A stretch of 64,000 nucleotides of DNA from positions 9,594,844-9,658,843 of the forward strand of contig CM082588.2 of NCBI GenBank assembly GCA_040954595.2, given 5' to 3'. Each line of letters opens with the position of its first letter. The stretch's first letter is position 1. Shown one piece after another: positions 37,293 to 49,904 of the stretch. Under the pieces are notes generated by a model. The model was given only the letters and a program-made list of their open reading frames with translations, did not search any database and was not told where the DNA came from. Origin of the DNA: Balanoglossus misakiensis. Taxonomy: Eukaryota > Animalia > Hemichordata. The position numbers and the translations under genes are program-made.

Positions 37293-39893
37293 GGGCCGCC
37301 GCAAGGGAAAAGGGCCCTTATGCATGGATTTTTCGATTTTTATTTTTTGTCGTTTTTTGATAGTACCTGTGCTCCTCTTTTCATATGTGTGCCGCTCACT
37401 ATGAACTTACACCTGGAAATGGCATTTGTGGCCCATTGAATGTGACATATGACCTTTGACCTCAGCCCACAAATAAAATTCACTGTTTTTGTTTCACAAT
37501 AAAGAGGTTTAAAAACCAAACATCTTTTCCCAACTACATGGAAGATCTGTATCCATTTATACCGTAGGTACTGACTAAATCAACTTTTTAGGGGGAGAGG
37601 GGGTGTCTGTCATTCCATTATATCATAGGGGTGGAAAGCACACAAGATGATGCTAGTTCTATTTAAAAATACATTTTATTAGACACCACAAGTGCCAAAA
37701 CTCTACACATCACATCCTCCGAAAATATGAATATTTACATGACATTATTGACATAACTGTTGCCATGGCTACCAGCAGTCTCCATCTAAACTGTTGCCAT
37801 GGCTACCTGTAGTGTCAGAACTCCAACCATTACATCACTGATATTGCTACATACAATTCTAACTATCATTTTTTTCAGATAACATTTAAATATTTACAAG
37901 TTTGCATTTATTTTCAGTACTACATACATGCAAGAGTATTCAGTGGGTTTTTGGATTTACTCTTCAGGGCAAAATGCATGTCTAAATGGCTGTCTGACAA
38001 ATGGAACAATTTCCTTCTGTAACTCTCTCCATCTGGCTAAACTCATTCCTCCAGCAGGCAATACAGAGGGTTTTATATGTGGTGATGGAGGCCAAGTAGC
38101 ATTTCTTTTGAGCAGATCTATACGGATTTCATCATCTGTGACTAATTTTCTAACATATACAGCACCAGGATCATTCTTGGTGAATCTAAAATGATGATAA
38201 ACACGAATTCCCTTCAATGGTTTGAGAAATGAAGAAAAAAATGAATCCCACTCAAACCATTGAAAGTTGGGATCAGAATTCCGACTGCCATAACATTTCA
38301 CATTGTTTATTCGTGAACTTTTTGACACAATGTCTGCCAGCTGCTGAACTGTGTCAACATCACTTCTACGATACACTTGCCGAATCTTACCGAAACAAGC
38401 ATCACAAATGCACTTTGTATGACCTGGTTCCAAGAAATGATAATTAATTTCGTCATGTTAACCAGTACTGGTACGGTAACAAAAATAATGAATGACAGTT
38501 TTGTTTTTATTCTGACCTCCACAGTTGTCAGCATGGCAATGACAACTCTTTTCACCCAATCCATGCTCCTCAAAATAATTGTGAAGCATGCTAACTACAT
38601 TATTGGCACCATGGCACTTTCTGTTATCAATGCCAATGGTCTCAGACTCATCAAACAGATAATTCATTTGAGATTGTTGACTATCATTACATATACCAAA
38701 GCAATTTACACATAGTGGATTCAGAAAATACAGTGGACTAACTTGACGAGACTGATGGGGCAGCAGAAAACTCTGTGCAAAATCAAATGTATAATGAACA
38801 TTATGTAAATCATAAGAGCAAGGACTACATGGGGGCTGAACTTCAATGTCTCTGAGTTCATCCTGTGCCTTTCTAATGCACAAGTTCAGAAATTCTCTTT
38901 CATTTTGTGATTTCAAAATGTGTCCTGAGAATGCAATACTAGAGTTCAGTTTGTCTTCTTCTGTTGAGGCAAACTGAATTTCATTCCGGAAGTGTTCACA
39001 TTTGGCACACACATCTGTACGAGGTTCCATTCGCTGAATGTGTGGTACACACAATTTCCAGATATTTCGGAAAGTTGTCTCCCCCACAGGCTGCTTGGTT
39101 GGCTGACAAACATTACAGGCCTCCACATACTTCTTATACATATCAGCCTTGGTGTCACAGGATGGAAGATAAATTGGAGGCCTTCCATCTCTACCACAAG
39201 GAGCAGCTGGCATAGGCAGACCATTGTCATCTGCATATCTGACCAGGAACTGAACAGCATCTTGCACTGTCTGTTTGGAAAAAAGAATAGTTAAGTCACT
39301 CAAAATAAATTAGTGAACACTGAGAACACATATACAGGTTAGATAGCAAACCACCTAAAGGGACAAAGTCTCTCTCTCACTGCCCTTTTTTCCATTAATT
39401 ATGTTTGATACAAGACACCATTTGTTATTCTACGTGTGGATATAGGGAATCAATGTTGACCAAACACAACTTCCATCCCACTTGAAGATGCGAGTGAAAA
39501 ACTGGCCGAAATGAATAATCGGTCTCTACCATTTATTGCGATTTCTGACTCTGACCTCCTTAGCGCTGAGGTCACGTGTATATGAATTGAGCAAAATGGC
39601 GGGAATAAAATTAGATACAATGTAAACGCTCTACGTGAGAAGTGTTTTTTGAGCTATAGAAATCGAATTCAGTGAAGAAATGACATAAATGTTCTGTGTT
39701 TCGTGATATACTTTGAATATCTTTTGTCATTTTCTCGAAAAAGTTGGGCAATATACTGAACAAATCCATTTTCCTCCAGCATGCAGGCGAATATTTGCAT
39801 GTGAAAAGCACACATAGAACGTCACCTATTCAAATGCAAATTACTAAAAATGACGTACACTTGCATAAGGGCCCTTTTCCCTTGCGGCGACCC
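37293..39893 (-). mobile_element. Sola1 DNA transposon (32-bp TIRs, AAAT TSD)
   Basis: AAAT|GGGCCGCCGCAAGGGAAAAGGGCCCTTATGCA...TGCATAAGGGCCCTTTTCCCTTGCGGCGACCC|AAAT with one mismatch. An AWWT 4-bp TSD is typical of Sola1. Confidence 0.85.
37957..39270 (-). pseudogene. Sola1-type DDD transposase with one in-frame TAA (38458-38460); N-terminus not found
   Basis: Motifs YTFDFAQ, HADNCGGQNKN and GHTKCICDACFG; the two track ORFs share a frame. Confidence 0.85.
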
Positions 39894-41175
39894 AAATATT
39901 AGTGATGATTTGCCTACTTTATATGCCAGCACAGTCATGGGGTGACTGTGATGATGGTCGACAGTTAATACATTTGGAAAAAAAATTGTCTTGACATGTC
40001 TTTATATGCTGCAGTCATGTCTGTAACTCCATGGTCATACAATATATTGAAACAGTCTGAGAATCAATGTAAGTTGACCACACTAAAAGTAGGACTGATC
40101 ACAAATAAATATAAAACTAGATAGTTTCAGCTATAAGAAAGTGTAAGCTTACATTTCGTTCTATACTTGTCCTTCAACGACCCCATATTTGCACTGCTGG
40201 TTACAGTGTCATAAGTCCGCGTCCGTACGCCAGCTGACAACAACCCGTGTAACAATCTGTTGGATAATGTTCATAGCATTTCAAAGTTACGACGCGAGAG
40301 CATAATACATTGACGTATTCTTGGTAAATAAAAGATGACAAAACAATATAAGTCCGTATCATACAATGTCACTGTATTTACACTTACCTGTAGTTGACGA
40401 GTAGTCTCCCGTTCGGTAAATACGGCGAAGAATTCCAATTGAATCCGTGATCTTCCTCGCACTTGAAACTGACCCTTCCCGCGTGGCCCATCATAGTCGT
40501 GCGCTTTGAGGCAAGAGTTCCTCGACATGCTCCGGAGTGTGATTCGACAGTTTTTACGAGGTTCTGGACAGAGAGGGTCGTTGTCAAATACATCTGGTCC
40601 GTTCTATTGGACACCTCTGGTACACTGGTTCGTGGAAAGCACCTTCTTCTGGTTCGTCACGCATACCACCATTGCCGTTCGTTTCGTGACTCGTCAGGAA
40701 GAAATCAAGTACCGTTGATAACACGTCAAAATTTGTTGCCCTACCCTCCTTCATCATAGTTCGAAGCTTTGAAATTTTACGTTGAATTGCTGTCTTATCT
40801 TCAGTAGTTGGGGCAACAAAATCAACATTTCCGCGGACAGTGTTATCCCGCACCCGACGTATGTGACGATCCCTGATTGCTTCCCTAGTCATGGAAGGAC
40901 AAATCTCTGAACCCGGCATGTTTAAAAAAAACTCGAAAAATTAAAAAAAATGTTGACTGAAAATCTAAAAATATATCAAATTGTAAATAAAGAAAAACTG
41001 CAAATGTTTAGTTTTTTTAATTTTTTATTGGTATTTTAAAAATGTTTTCCTGTTTTTTTGGTTACTTTTTCATGAATATGCGAATTAGATATTACATATT
41101 CATGAGCACACACGCATTGCCGAGCTTAGGTGGTTTCCAAGGCTTCAGCCTCGTGGTTGCGTGGTTTCATGTGTG

Positions 41176-42612
41176 CATGGAGGTACTAGAGAGAAGGAGC
41201 GAGGACGGATTTTAAGCGGATTAACTCCCTTTCTTCTGAAGTGTGATAAGCTTCTTAAGTCTTTGTGTTTCTGTGTTGAAAGCGTCCTTTGAACCCACTG
41301 TGCGTTACCGCCGATTTTACAGTTAGGTTTGCAAGATCTACGGGGTAATATTTCTATGATATTAAAAACACAATGCGCACATCGCGGACGAGCGTACTAC
41401 ATATGCGTGGTGACTTTTATTTACATCTAGGGGTGAAGTTTACGCATCACCACTACCGGAAACGTGTCAGGCGGACGTCTTGGAAGACTTGTGGCGTTAT
41501 TTTTCTTCTTTGTACAACCAAAAAGCATGATTTTGAAATGTATATTTTGAGTTTTTCGCAAACTTCCGCAAAAAACAATAAGTTCTTAGGTTTTCTTTGA
41601 AAACCAATCTTCCCGATGCAAGTATTTTTGTTCGCGTGGGATGGTGTGGGATGCCCGATAGTCACCATTGTAATTGCTAGTGCAGAGACTTTCGGCACAG
41701 CAGTTTGGTCTGGTTGAATATGCTAAATGTAAATCATGGAGACACGCCGCCAGCTATAATTTGTTTATCTACGCAAGCGCACAGCTTTTTTGAACGCCTA
41801 TCAGGTGATAAAAGGATGAGATCCTAATGATATCTGCAAACAGATTAAGACGCACATGGGGTTTATAGGAAACAATAGCGTCCTCGCTCCTTCTATCTAG
41901 TACCTCCATAGTCTTGTTCTCACTAAAAGTTTTGACACCGGTGTAATGCCAGTGTTTACTCTCTGCAAACACAGGGGATTAGTCCACAGAATCTCCGTGC
42001 GTCCACACACTAAACTTTTGGCCACTGTTTTGAAATAAACATCGTCTAAATGGCCATGTTTAGCAACACGGCAACTAACAAAATTGAGGACGTCGAGGAC
42101 ATTACAGCAACATGTTGCAGTTTCTATACCTGCATATGCGTTCTAGACGACTTTGTGACAGTTTTGATAATGTTTAGAAGTAAATGAATGTTAATCCATA
42201 AATGGAAAATGCCTCAGCTTTTCGGTGATCGAGAGAACCTTCCGAAAGTTGGTAGCAGACAGAAGTGTTGCAGACCATGCAAACTGCGAATGGTTTGAAA
42301 ACCACTCACGTCCAGTGTGATTGACTTAACAATGGAAACTGACCAAAGACAATGGGCTATACCTAATAAACATACCCAAAAGTCACTGCAGGGTGGCGCT
42401 TTTGAACGGTGTTTGTTTATCTTTGCGTTCTCACTGACTATTTGCGTCGGAGCGCTGGCCCAGCACTGGCCCTGCCCCGCCACCCATCGCCGTCGCAAAT
42501 CAACACCGGCCCAACACCGGTGTAAAGCGTTCTCACTTGTTTTTTTCCGTCGGTGTCAAATCTACACCGCTGTAGCACCGGTGTAAACGTGCCAGTAAGA
42601 ACGCCCTATATG
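41176..42612 (-). mobile_element. Non-autonomous P-like element (~31-bp TIRs, 7-bp flanking repeat ATGTGTG) whose right end is interrupted by a MITE
   Basis: ATGTGTG|CATGGAGGTACTAGAGAGAAGGAGCGAGGACG ... CGTCCTCGCTCCTTCTATCTAGTACCTCCAT[MITE]...TG|ATGTGTG. THAP-like remnants PNCCAESLCTSNY and RICS on the minus strand. Confidence 0.55.
41911..42606 (-). mobile_element. Second copy of the 21298-21993 MITE
   Basis: Reverse-complement match over the full ~700 bp. Confidence 0.85.
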
Positions 42613-43886
42613 ATGTGTGGGCGGGCGTGGACCGAAACGGCGAGGTTTTGACGAAAATTCGGCAAAAAAATGTCAAAAATCTCCCCGTTTCGGTCCTTAA
42701 ATGTGCCCAAAGCTCATAACACATTCAGAAAACGACGTTTGCGAGCGAATGGACAGAAGTAAAATAGTCCATGGTATTGTATCGCGACAGACATGTGCAT
42801 CGTGTGGGCGGTACGCGGTACATCCGATTCATGTTGTTTTAGTCGATGCCTTCATTTCCTGCCAACGTAATCGTCGGTGTTAGACTGCTTTTTACGGTAA
42901 ACTGTACAATGAAGGTAAGTTCTTATCAGCTATTTTCGGATTGCATGTGATGCGAGTTTCGTTCGGTACGTGCGATCGATAGTATGGCATGCAGAGGACG
43001 GCCTAAGTATAATCTCATTCTGGGTCATAGCAGTGGTGTTTTCTGGCAATTTTTGTCTGACATTTTGCGGGCAATTTTCTGATCGACACGGAAAAAGAGC
43101 CCGTAAAAAGGAAAAGTACAATTAGCCAGAAAACACCACAGCTGCAGCTATGGACCCACGCCACGCACAGTCTGACTTGGGCGGGAAAAACTTGTTTGTA
43201 GCATTTTCCTGTGCAACTAGGCCATATGTTAATTACTTGTTTGTTAAGTCTTGTAACACTCCTTTGTCTCAATTTATTGTGTAGCACACTGTTTCCAGTC
43301 TCCTTGTATTAACAAAGTGCAGGTGCAGGTGGTGTTTACAATGTGAGATTTGAACACTGCCAGGTTGGGGGTTGAAACCAAAGGGTCCCATTATTTTGGG
43401 AGAAGTGGTTCAACAACATTGTCAAGAAATGTGCATTTTTATGAGTGACAAATATAGATGATTGCCTTTCCATCAAAATTCAAAACTACAAAGTTATTGT
43501 TTATTAACATCAAGCAGAAAATTGAAAGTCTCAGCCACAGCTACAAGATTGGTTGTGGCCACAGCCTGAACACAGACATACAAATGCCATGCATTTGGTA
43601 CTAAATTTTGGTAGCAAATGACAAGGAAAGAACATCTGATTTGGAAGTAAATTATACAATGCAAACATTTGGAAAAATTATTTACAGTAAATTAAACCAC
43701 AACAAAATGAACTTAAATTCACCAAAGTTAACAATATCTTGTATATTTACTCTGCATCAGAAGTCACAAAAATCTCCATGTCATTAGAAAAATATGCCAT
43801 ATTTCTGAATGTACGTGTAGTGTACAAAATATGTCCACACTGAGTAATCAAATTGCATGCACATACAGCTGGAAATACTTCACCTC

Positions 43887-46800
43887 TCAGTTATAATCAA
43901 TATTCCAGTGTTTCAAAAAATGTGTTGCCATTTTTGTTTGTTTGTACAATTTCAATATACGTTTATTTCTCTTGTAATCTTCCAAATTTGGTGCACAACC
44001 CCAATGATTTATGCAATATTCTTGTTCCCACTCTTTGATTGACAGCTTGGCTATGCTGTATGATTTCATCAGCTTTGTTCCTACTTTCACCTTAGCTTCT
44101 ATATATTCATTTATTAACTTCTTATCATTGGGAAGGGCCTTCAAAGAATTTCGTGATTTATCAAATTATTCGACTTCTTTTGTCTCTCCAAGGACAAATA
44201 TCAGACTGTCCATCGTGGTTGAAGAAGTATCACTAACTTTACTCTGAGATTGATGACTCTTCATGTGTGGCTGTTATCTTTGCTGTTGATTTGGCAACTT
44301 CTTTGATACTTGACTTGCCTGAATGAAAACAAGAAAACAACATTAAGGTTTAACAGCAATAATAATGAGTTTTTCTTAAAGTGATTTCCTTTTGTGCCAC
44401 TTAAACTGACCTGGGGTTCCACAAGGTCAACATGAAATATTGAACACCTATTGCCTGGCCATGAGGGCCATAGCGGCCGTTTATTACACCCGAGGGGCTG
44501 TGAGTTACCAGAATCATATGCGGCCGAGGGAAATAGCATATGATTCTGGTAACTCACAGTCACGAGGGGGTAAAAACGGCTGCTATGGCCCGAATATAGG
44601 CCAGGCTATAGGTGTTTTATAATAAACCTCATGCTAACAGCTGGGAAAATCTTGCAATTTTTTCTTGAGGCTGGCAGACGACATCTTCAGTGGTGGCCAT
44701 TGTGTCAGACGACGCGACGCTGATTGACGTGACCGAGTCTGCGCACTCACGCGGGTCACGTGACCGGTTTATATTTTTTCTGCTATTTCCCTAGCGGTTC
44801 ATAGTCGATTCTATTTTCCTATCACGTGACGGATTCTGGCGAATCACGGCACAGTATTAGCATGAGGTATATTATAAATGTACATATATGTGGGTGTGTC
44901 ATGTTTCATATCTTTTCCCGCTCACACACATTTATCTTTCCTTTCTAAAATAAAATTGAAATGACTATCTCCTGCACTGTGACATAACTATGTGCTTGGA
45001 ATGTGGGCTTGCAGATTTATTTGGGGATGGTGGGGGGGGGGGGAGGAAATAAGAATGAGTGGAACCTTGAAATGAACAATCCCATACATGGTAACTTCAC
45101 TATAGTAATAGTTACCTTCTTGAGTGCAGCAATTTTCCATACCATTGACTTCCATCCTTTCTGCTTCAACTGTCTCCTCAGTGTGCTCTGTTTCCAAATC
45201 ACAGTCTGTCATGTTGATGTCTTCCCCTGTACTATGCTGTGTCTGTCTTGTATCTTCTATTGGTATACTGCAACGGGTCTCCTCAGCATTGCTACCATGT
45301 AATGTTATGTTCCTTTCAGGTACACTTGTCGGCTCGATGTCATTCATGTCCATGGTGATATCAGGGGCAAGTTTATCATCTTCTACTGAGAGGATGTGTT
45401 CATGGGAACCAGGATCAATCAACAAGTCATGGTCATCATCATCTACACCAATTGGATGCTCTGGAATTTCCTCGGATTCTATAAGGTAGTATAAAATATT
45501 GACATTTTTTGTAGTGCTTGTATTATATAGTGTTATTTCAAAATTTATTACTGTTATAGACTAATCATAATTCAAAAATAATTTCAAACGTTCATTTAAC
45601 TAAGCCGTTCCAGCCAGTATTTATGTCACTCAATTTTGCTAAATCAGGCGAGAAGCAACACATTTCGCCCATTAGATATACTTTCATTGAATTCATGTGG
45701 TATTGAAAGTTGAACATGGCTGGGTATATATAGGTCAATTAATTTTGACAGGCTGAAGTGAAAGAAATTCATATTTTTGAAAGTAATGTTTCCCCCAAAA
45801 TTATATGCATACAGATGAAGTCACTTATTTGGTTTGACTGTGATGTAATATGCTCTTACGTCTGCTATCATCTTGAAAGCCTGTGACAGTGAGGCTACCA
45901 CTTCTTTCACCATTGCTGTCATAGAGCTTTATCTTGTGGATTGGTAAAGCAATTGCTTCACTTCTTACTCTGTCCACACAATCTTACCAACACCTGTTGA
46001 TATCACATTGTACCTTTTGCAGAGATTATGACCGGAAATGATGCAGATGAGGTCCTGGTTCCTATAGAAATAAACAGGTAAGGAGATTGATCAAACATTC
46101 TTTATATAACAGTTTACACACAACACCAATGGCTAATGTAAGTACTATAATCTTGGACAATTTTTACAATAGAATTTTCCAAAATAAATAAGGATTTGCA
46201 TGCTGTTAAAGGGACAAAGTCTCTCTCTCTCGCTGCCCTTTTCCCATTAATATTATGTTTCATTCAAGACACTGTTTATGTTAATGTACATGTGGATATA
46301 TACTGAATGAACATTCAACCACACACACCTTCCATCCCGCTTGTAGACACGAGAGTGAAAAACCTTGCCAAAATGAACAATCGGTCTCTACCATTTATTC
46401 ATTTTGGGCGAGTTTTTACTCTCATATACAAGCATGGTGGAACTTGTGTGTGGTTGAACGTTCATTCACTACATATACACATGTACATTAACATAAATGG
46501 TGTTTTGTATCAAACACAAAAAGAAAAAGGGCAGCGAGTGAGAGACCTTTTTAGAAAGCCATAAAACATGTGGGATATCCGAGAATAGTTCTATTATTTG
46601 TAAAAATGGAGGTTGCTCGTCACAAAAAATAACAGAACCTGCTTGACAGAAAAGTTCCATGAAAAAGACAGGGCATGTATAGATGTAATTTTTGATGCTT
46701 TGATACTATATTTTAGATTAGTTTTTCCTGTCCCAAAACACCATGCAATCTGTTGTATTATGTCTGCATATAATCAACAGTAATTGTTATTGAAAAGAAA

Positions 46801-49800
46801 TAAAAGTGTGAGTTAAAATATTTGGGACTAAATTGCACTGCAGATACCTTGAAATCATCCTGGGTATCAGAGTTAAAAACTCTATTGCTTCCTCATGTCT
46901 CTGCCACAATGCACCTTCTCCTGGCAGCAAGAAATCTGCAATCCTTTCATAGTGGCTTTGCAGTAGTGTTGGTCGTCGCAGTATTTCGTCCTCAGGGATT
47001 ACTGTATTCTGACGTTTTGGGAGCTGCTTTCCAATTTTGCTAATTTCAGATTCTATAATTTGTGATGGATCTCTTTCTTTTGTCATCTCTTCTCCTGCAC
47101 CTAGACGTATCATGGCATTACCTATGATACCACCTGGACGCTTGGAGGAAGTTGTTTTCGTCACTCTCCGTATTCGATTGAAAACTCGCTCCTGGTTTTC
47201 AGCATTTGTTGACCTCAGAGAAACCAATCTCAGTTGATCAGGTAGATGGACGGTGATGTTATGGAAATACCGCCCGAACATCTTTCGTTTGGTAAGTTTC
47301 TTTGGCTTCTCAAATACCCTTTTGCACAATATTCCATGCAAAAATACAGTGTTATACAATCGCAGAATCAGTCGTGGGCATCTGTCATTGTCATGTTTAT
47401 AAGCAGTTTCGCTTATTTCAGCAAGCGTGTCAATAAGCTGACCATGCTCAGTATTTATGTTGTTCTCGTGATAATACTGGGACACCAGAAGGATAGCTTT
47501 GCGTACATCGCATCCCCGAATTTCGTCTTTACCACCATATGTTGCCTGAATAAAGTTCTGTAACTTTACTGCTTCTTCTTTATCCTTGGTTTGTGCTGGA
47601 ATTTCTTCTAACACATTGTGGATGTGTCCCTTCAGGTCATGGAGTGGCTCTGATGGCAAAATTTCATATGCAGAGCAGTTTATTTCAGCAAGATTATATT
47701 CTGGAGTGAGATGGAGCAGTGCTGGTACTCTCTGCATACCATGTAAAATTTCAGAGAGTTTAGATTGTAAGTCTGGCTTCTTTAATCCTTCAGTTTCTTC
47801 ACCCCTAGCATCAAGCTCTCTCCTAAGCTCGGCCACTGTTAAGTTGGCAAATGGATGGGGAGTTTGCCGTGACTTTTCTCTCCATATTGGGCTGCCCTTG
47901 ATTAACAAGTTACGTTTCTCATCTATTGACAGATATTTCAGATGGTAACATGCAGACAGATCATCATGTCTTCTTGACTCTATTCCACAGATGCACTGGT
48001 AGTGACCTCCTTTCTGGTGCTAATCCTCAAACTCCTGTGCCGGTCCATCGCCATGAAAAAATCGGTGGACATCTGTGTATTCCCTGGAACCTTCGTCGGA
48101 TGTTATTGGTCCTGTTGCACATTTTAGATCTTCTACTCTGGTTTCAACATATGACAGCTGATCAACGTCATTGGAGTTGGATCGTCCCATTATATATAGA
48201 TGTGGCTTCTCAACAAGCTAGTCAACGTTTACTTTTTTTCCGTGTTTCTCCAAGTACTCCTCATTTGTCAGATATGTTGCCGCGTCGTATATCCAGCTCA
48301 CCATGAAGACAATGTGGGAATGGTTGCCTACAGTACTGTGGTCATGCCATATTTTGAAGTGCCGTGAGTGATGTAGTCTTTTTAATTTACTGCGCATTTC
48401 ATCGATGGTTTCTCCTTCTTTCAACTCGTGTATTCTTTGTAGCTCATCCCTTATTTCTTTTTCTTCTAGGTTTTGGTAATGACCGTCGTCATACCCATAA
48501 ACATGGCTTCTCAGAACACCAAGCTTAATTTGTCTGTCAAGCTCTCGTTTTCGGATTGTCTGTAAGTTTATTTTTCTAGCGTAGATTGTATAAGTTTCTT
48601 CTTTTAATTTGCCATCTTTTCCAATGGTCATCTTTTGGAACTCTTTTGGTGCTATTAATTCACCGATGTCGATTTCGCCACTTCTTATTTTTGTTTTCAA
48701 TATTTCTTGCAGGGCTCTTGCTGGTCGGTGTTGAGGAAGTGACACCTCCCCCAAGACCTTTCAATGTTTTACGGTGTACTCTTCTGACAAAATCTCGACC
48801 TTGAACCTTCTTATTGATATTGAACTTGTCAGTGTCGATGCCAGCTGAGGTTGCGTACTCTTTCAGTATTTGGCCACCATTTGCAGCTGTTAGCCCGTAC
48901 TTTCTCGCAAGGCTACTCCAGTTGACCTTGCCAGCATCATAATTGGAAAGTTCACTTACAAATGAGCTTTTGTCCCATTCAACAGACTCTGTTTTTACAA
49001 CATGGTCTTTTGGTGTCAGCTTGTTGAGGGATTCTAGTTGTAGACGGCGATTTACTCGCTTCTTGGCAGAATCGGTAGACTCAAAGTCAACAGACCGTCA
49101 ACATGATTCGTAGCAAGCAAATGACTGACCGGATCCTAGGATTGTTTTTAAATCTCCGTCATTTTTAGCGTGGGATTTTTCGATGCTTTGCTTGACATTA
49201 GTATAAAGTGCTCGTCTGTCTTTCTTTTTCTGTTCTTTGCTGATTTTTGTCTGTAGCTTGAACCCCGGAACTTTGAGAAGCGCTTCACTGAAAGGTGTTG
49301 AGTACACTTTATTGTATGACTCCTCTACTCGCTGATATAGCTGTCCGGCAGTTCTTACGGCAGATTTAAGAGGGACAGTCAGCTTTGTCTCATGTGGATT
49401 TTGTAGTTGTTGCATCTCTCCCATTGCATCTTCAATTACCTCAACAGTCGAGAAGGGAAGACTTTTGATATGTTTCTGATAGTACTTGTTCAAAAGCAGA
49501 ACATCAACATTGCTACTTTGGCACTCTTGACAGTCAAGTGCTGTGTGTAGGATTTGCCTTGATAAAGGCAGTTTTTGCCAACTAGTTGCAGAAAAATGCT
49601 GTAGAAATACTGACATTTTTCCTGGAATTCAACCATTGAACTGAAGCACTTAGTGTTTTCTCAAATCGTGGCAGTTTAAATTTAAACTGGTAACTTGCAT
49701 ATTTCTGCTGTTAGCCATGATATCCTGATATTTGGCATACCTTTGTCCAATGGATATGTTGTAAACAGGCATAAATCTTGATGTATTTTCAGCCTTTTCC

Positions 49801-49904
49801 TGAGTAGACTTTTCGGAATTAGAAAGCTCTTTTGTTGCTCTTGCAGCTATGGCCATACAATAACCACAACATGCCATGATGACATGCCAACTGAACAAGT
49901 GCAT
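43887..49904 (-). pseudogene. Degenerate large DDE transposase of the RAG1/Transib/Chapaev type with a SAP-like insertion and C-terminal exons
   Basis: Motifs KIWHDHS (D1), RFFHGDGP (D2), GGHYQCIC, SAP-like LTVAELRRELDARG...GLKKPDL, EPLHDLKGH, YFHNITVH, NAENQERVFNRIRR (E). Stops at 49098, 48218 and 48020 and a frameshift near 48750. Further coding pieces at 44988-45480 and 43887-44320. Confidence 0.75.
46210..46551. mobile_element. MITE in an intron of the RAG1-like transposase; related pieces at ~39358-39540 and ~29975-30110
   Basis: TTAA|AGGGACAAAGTCTCTCTCTCGCTGCCCTTTT...AAAAGGGCAGCGAGTGAGAGAC with internal palindromic arms. Confidence 0.6.

Larger units (their letters stand above)
34624..40919 (-). 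pseudogene. Degenerate intron-rich Kolobok (KolobokP-like) DDE transposase, interrupted by a Sola1 element
   Basis: Exon translations in order: WNSSPYLPNGRLLVNYR; MSDARHGT*KNAQNSDIVVLG; THKCIHKKLVRKHDDPCSQRHE; VHGHDNNASVNK...SNDTWH; TWHPELADK; DNHAGCDPKSRC...NYEAS; DTHYVESFNN; W...RWRTNVWRRF. Confidence 0.75.

Noticed and set aside
32600-43300. Long terminal direct repeats and a His-Me finger nuclease for the Kolobok element
   Set aside because: No direct repeat or SHLCH-type motif was found by eye.
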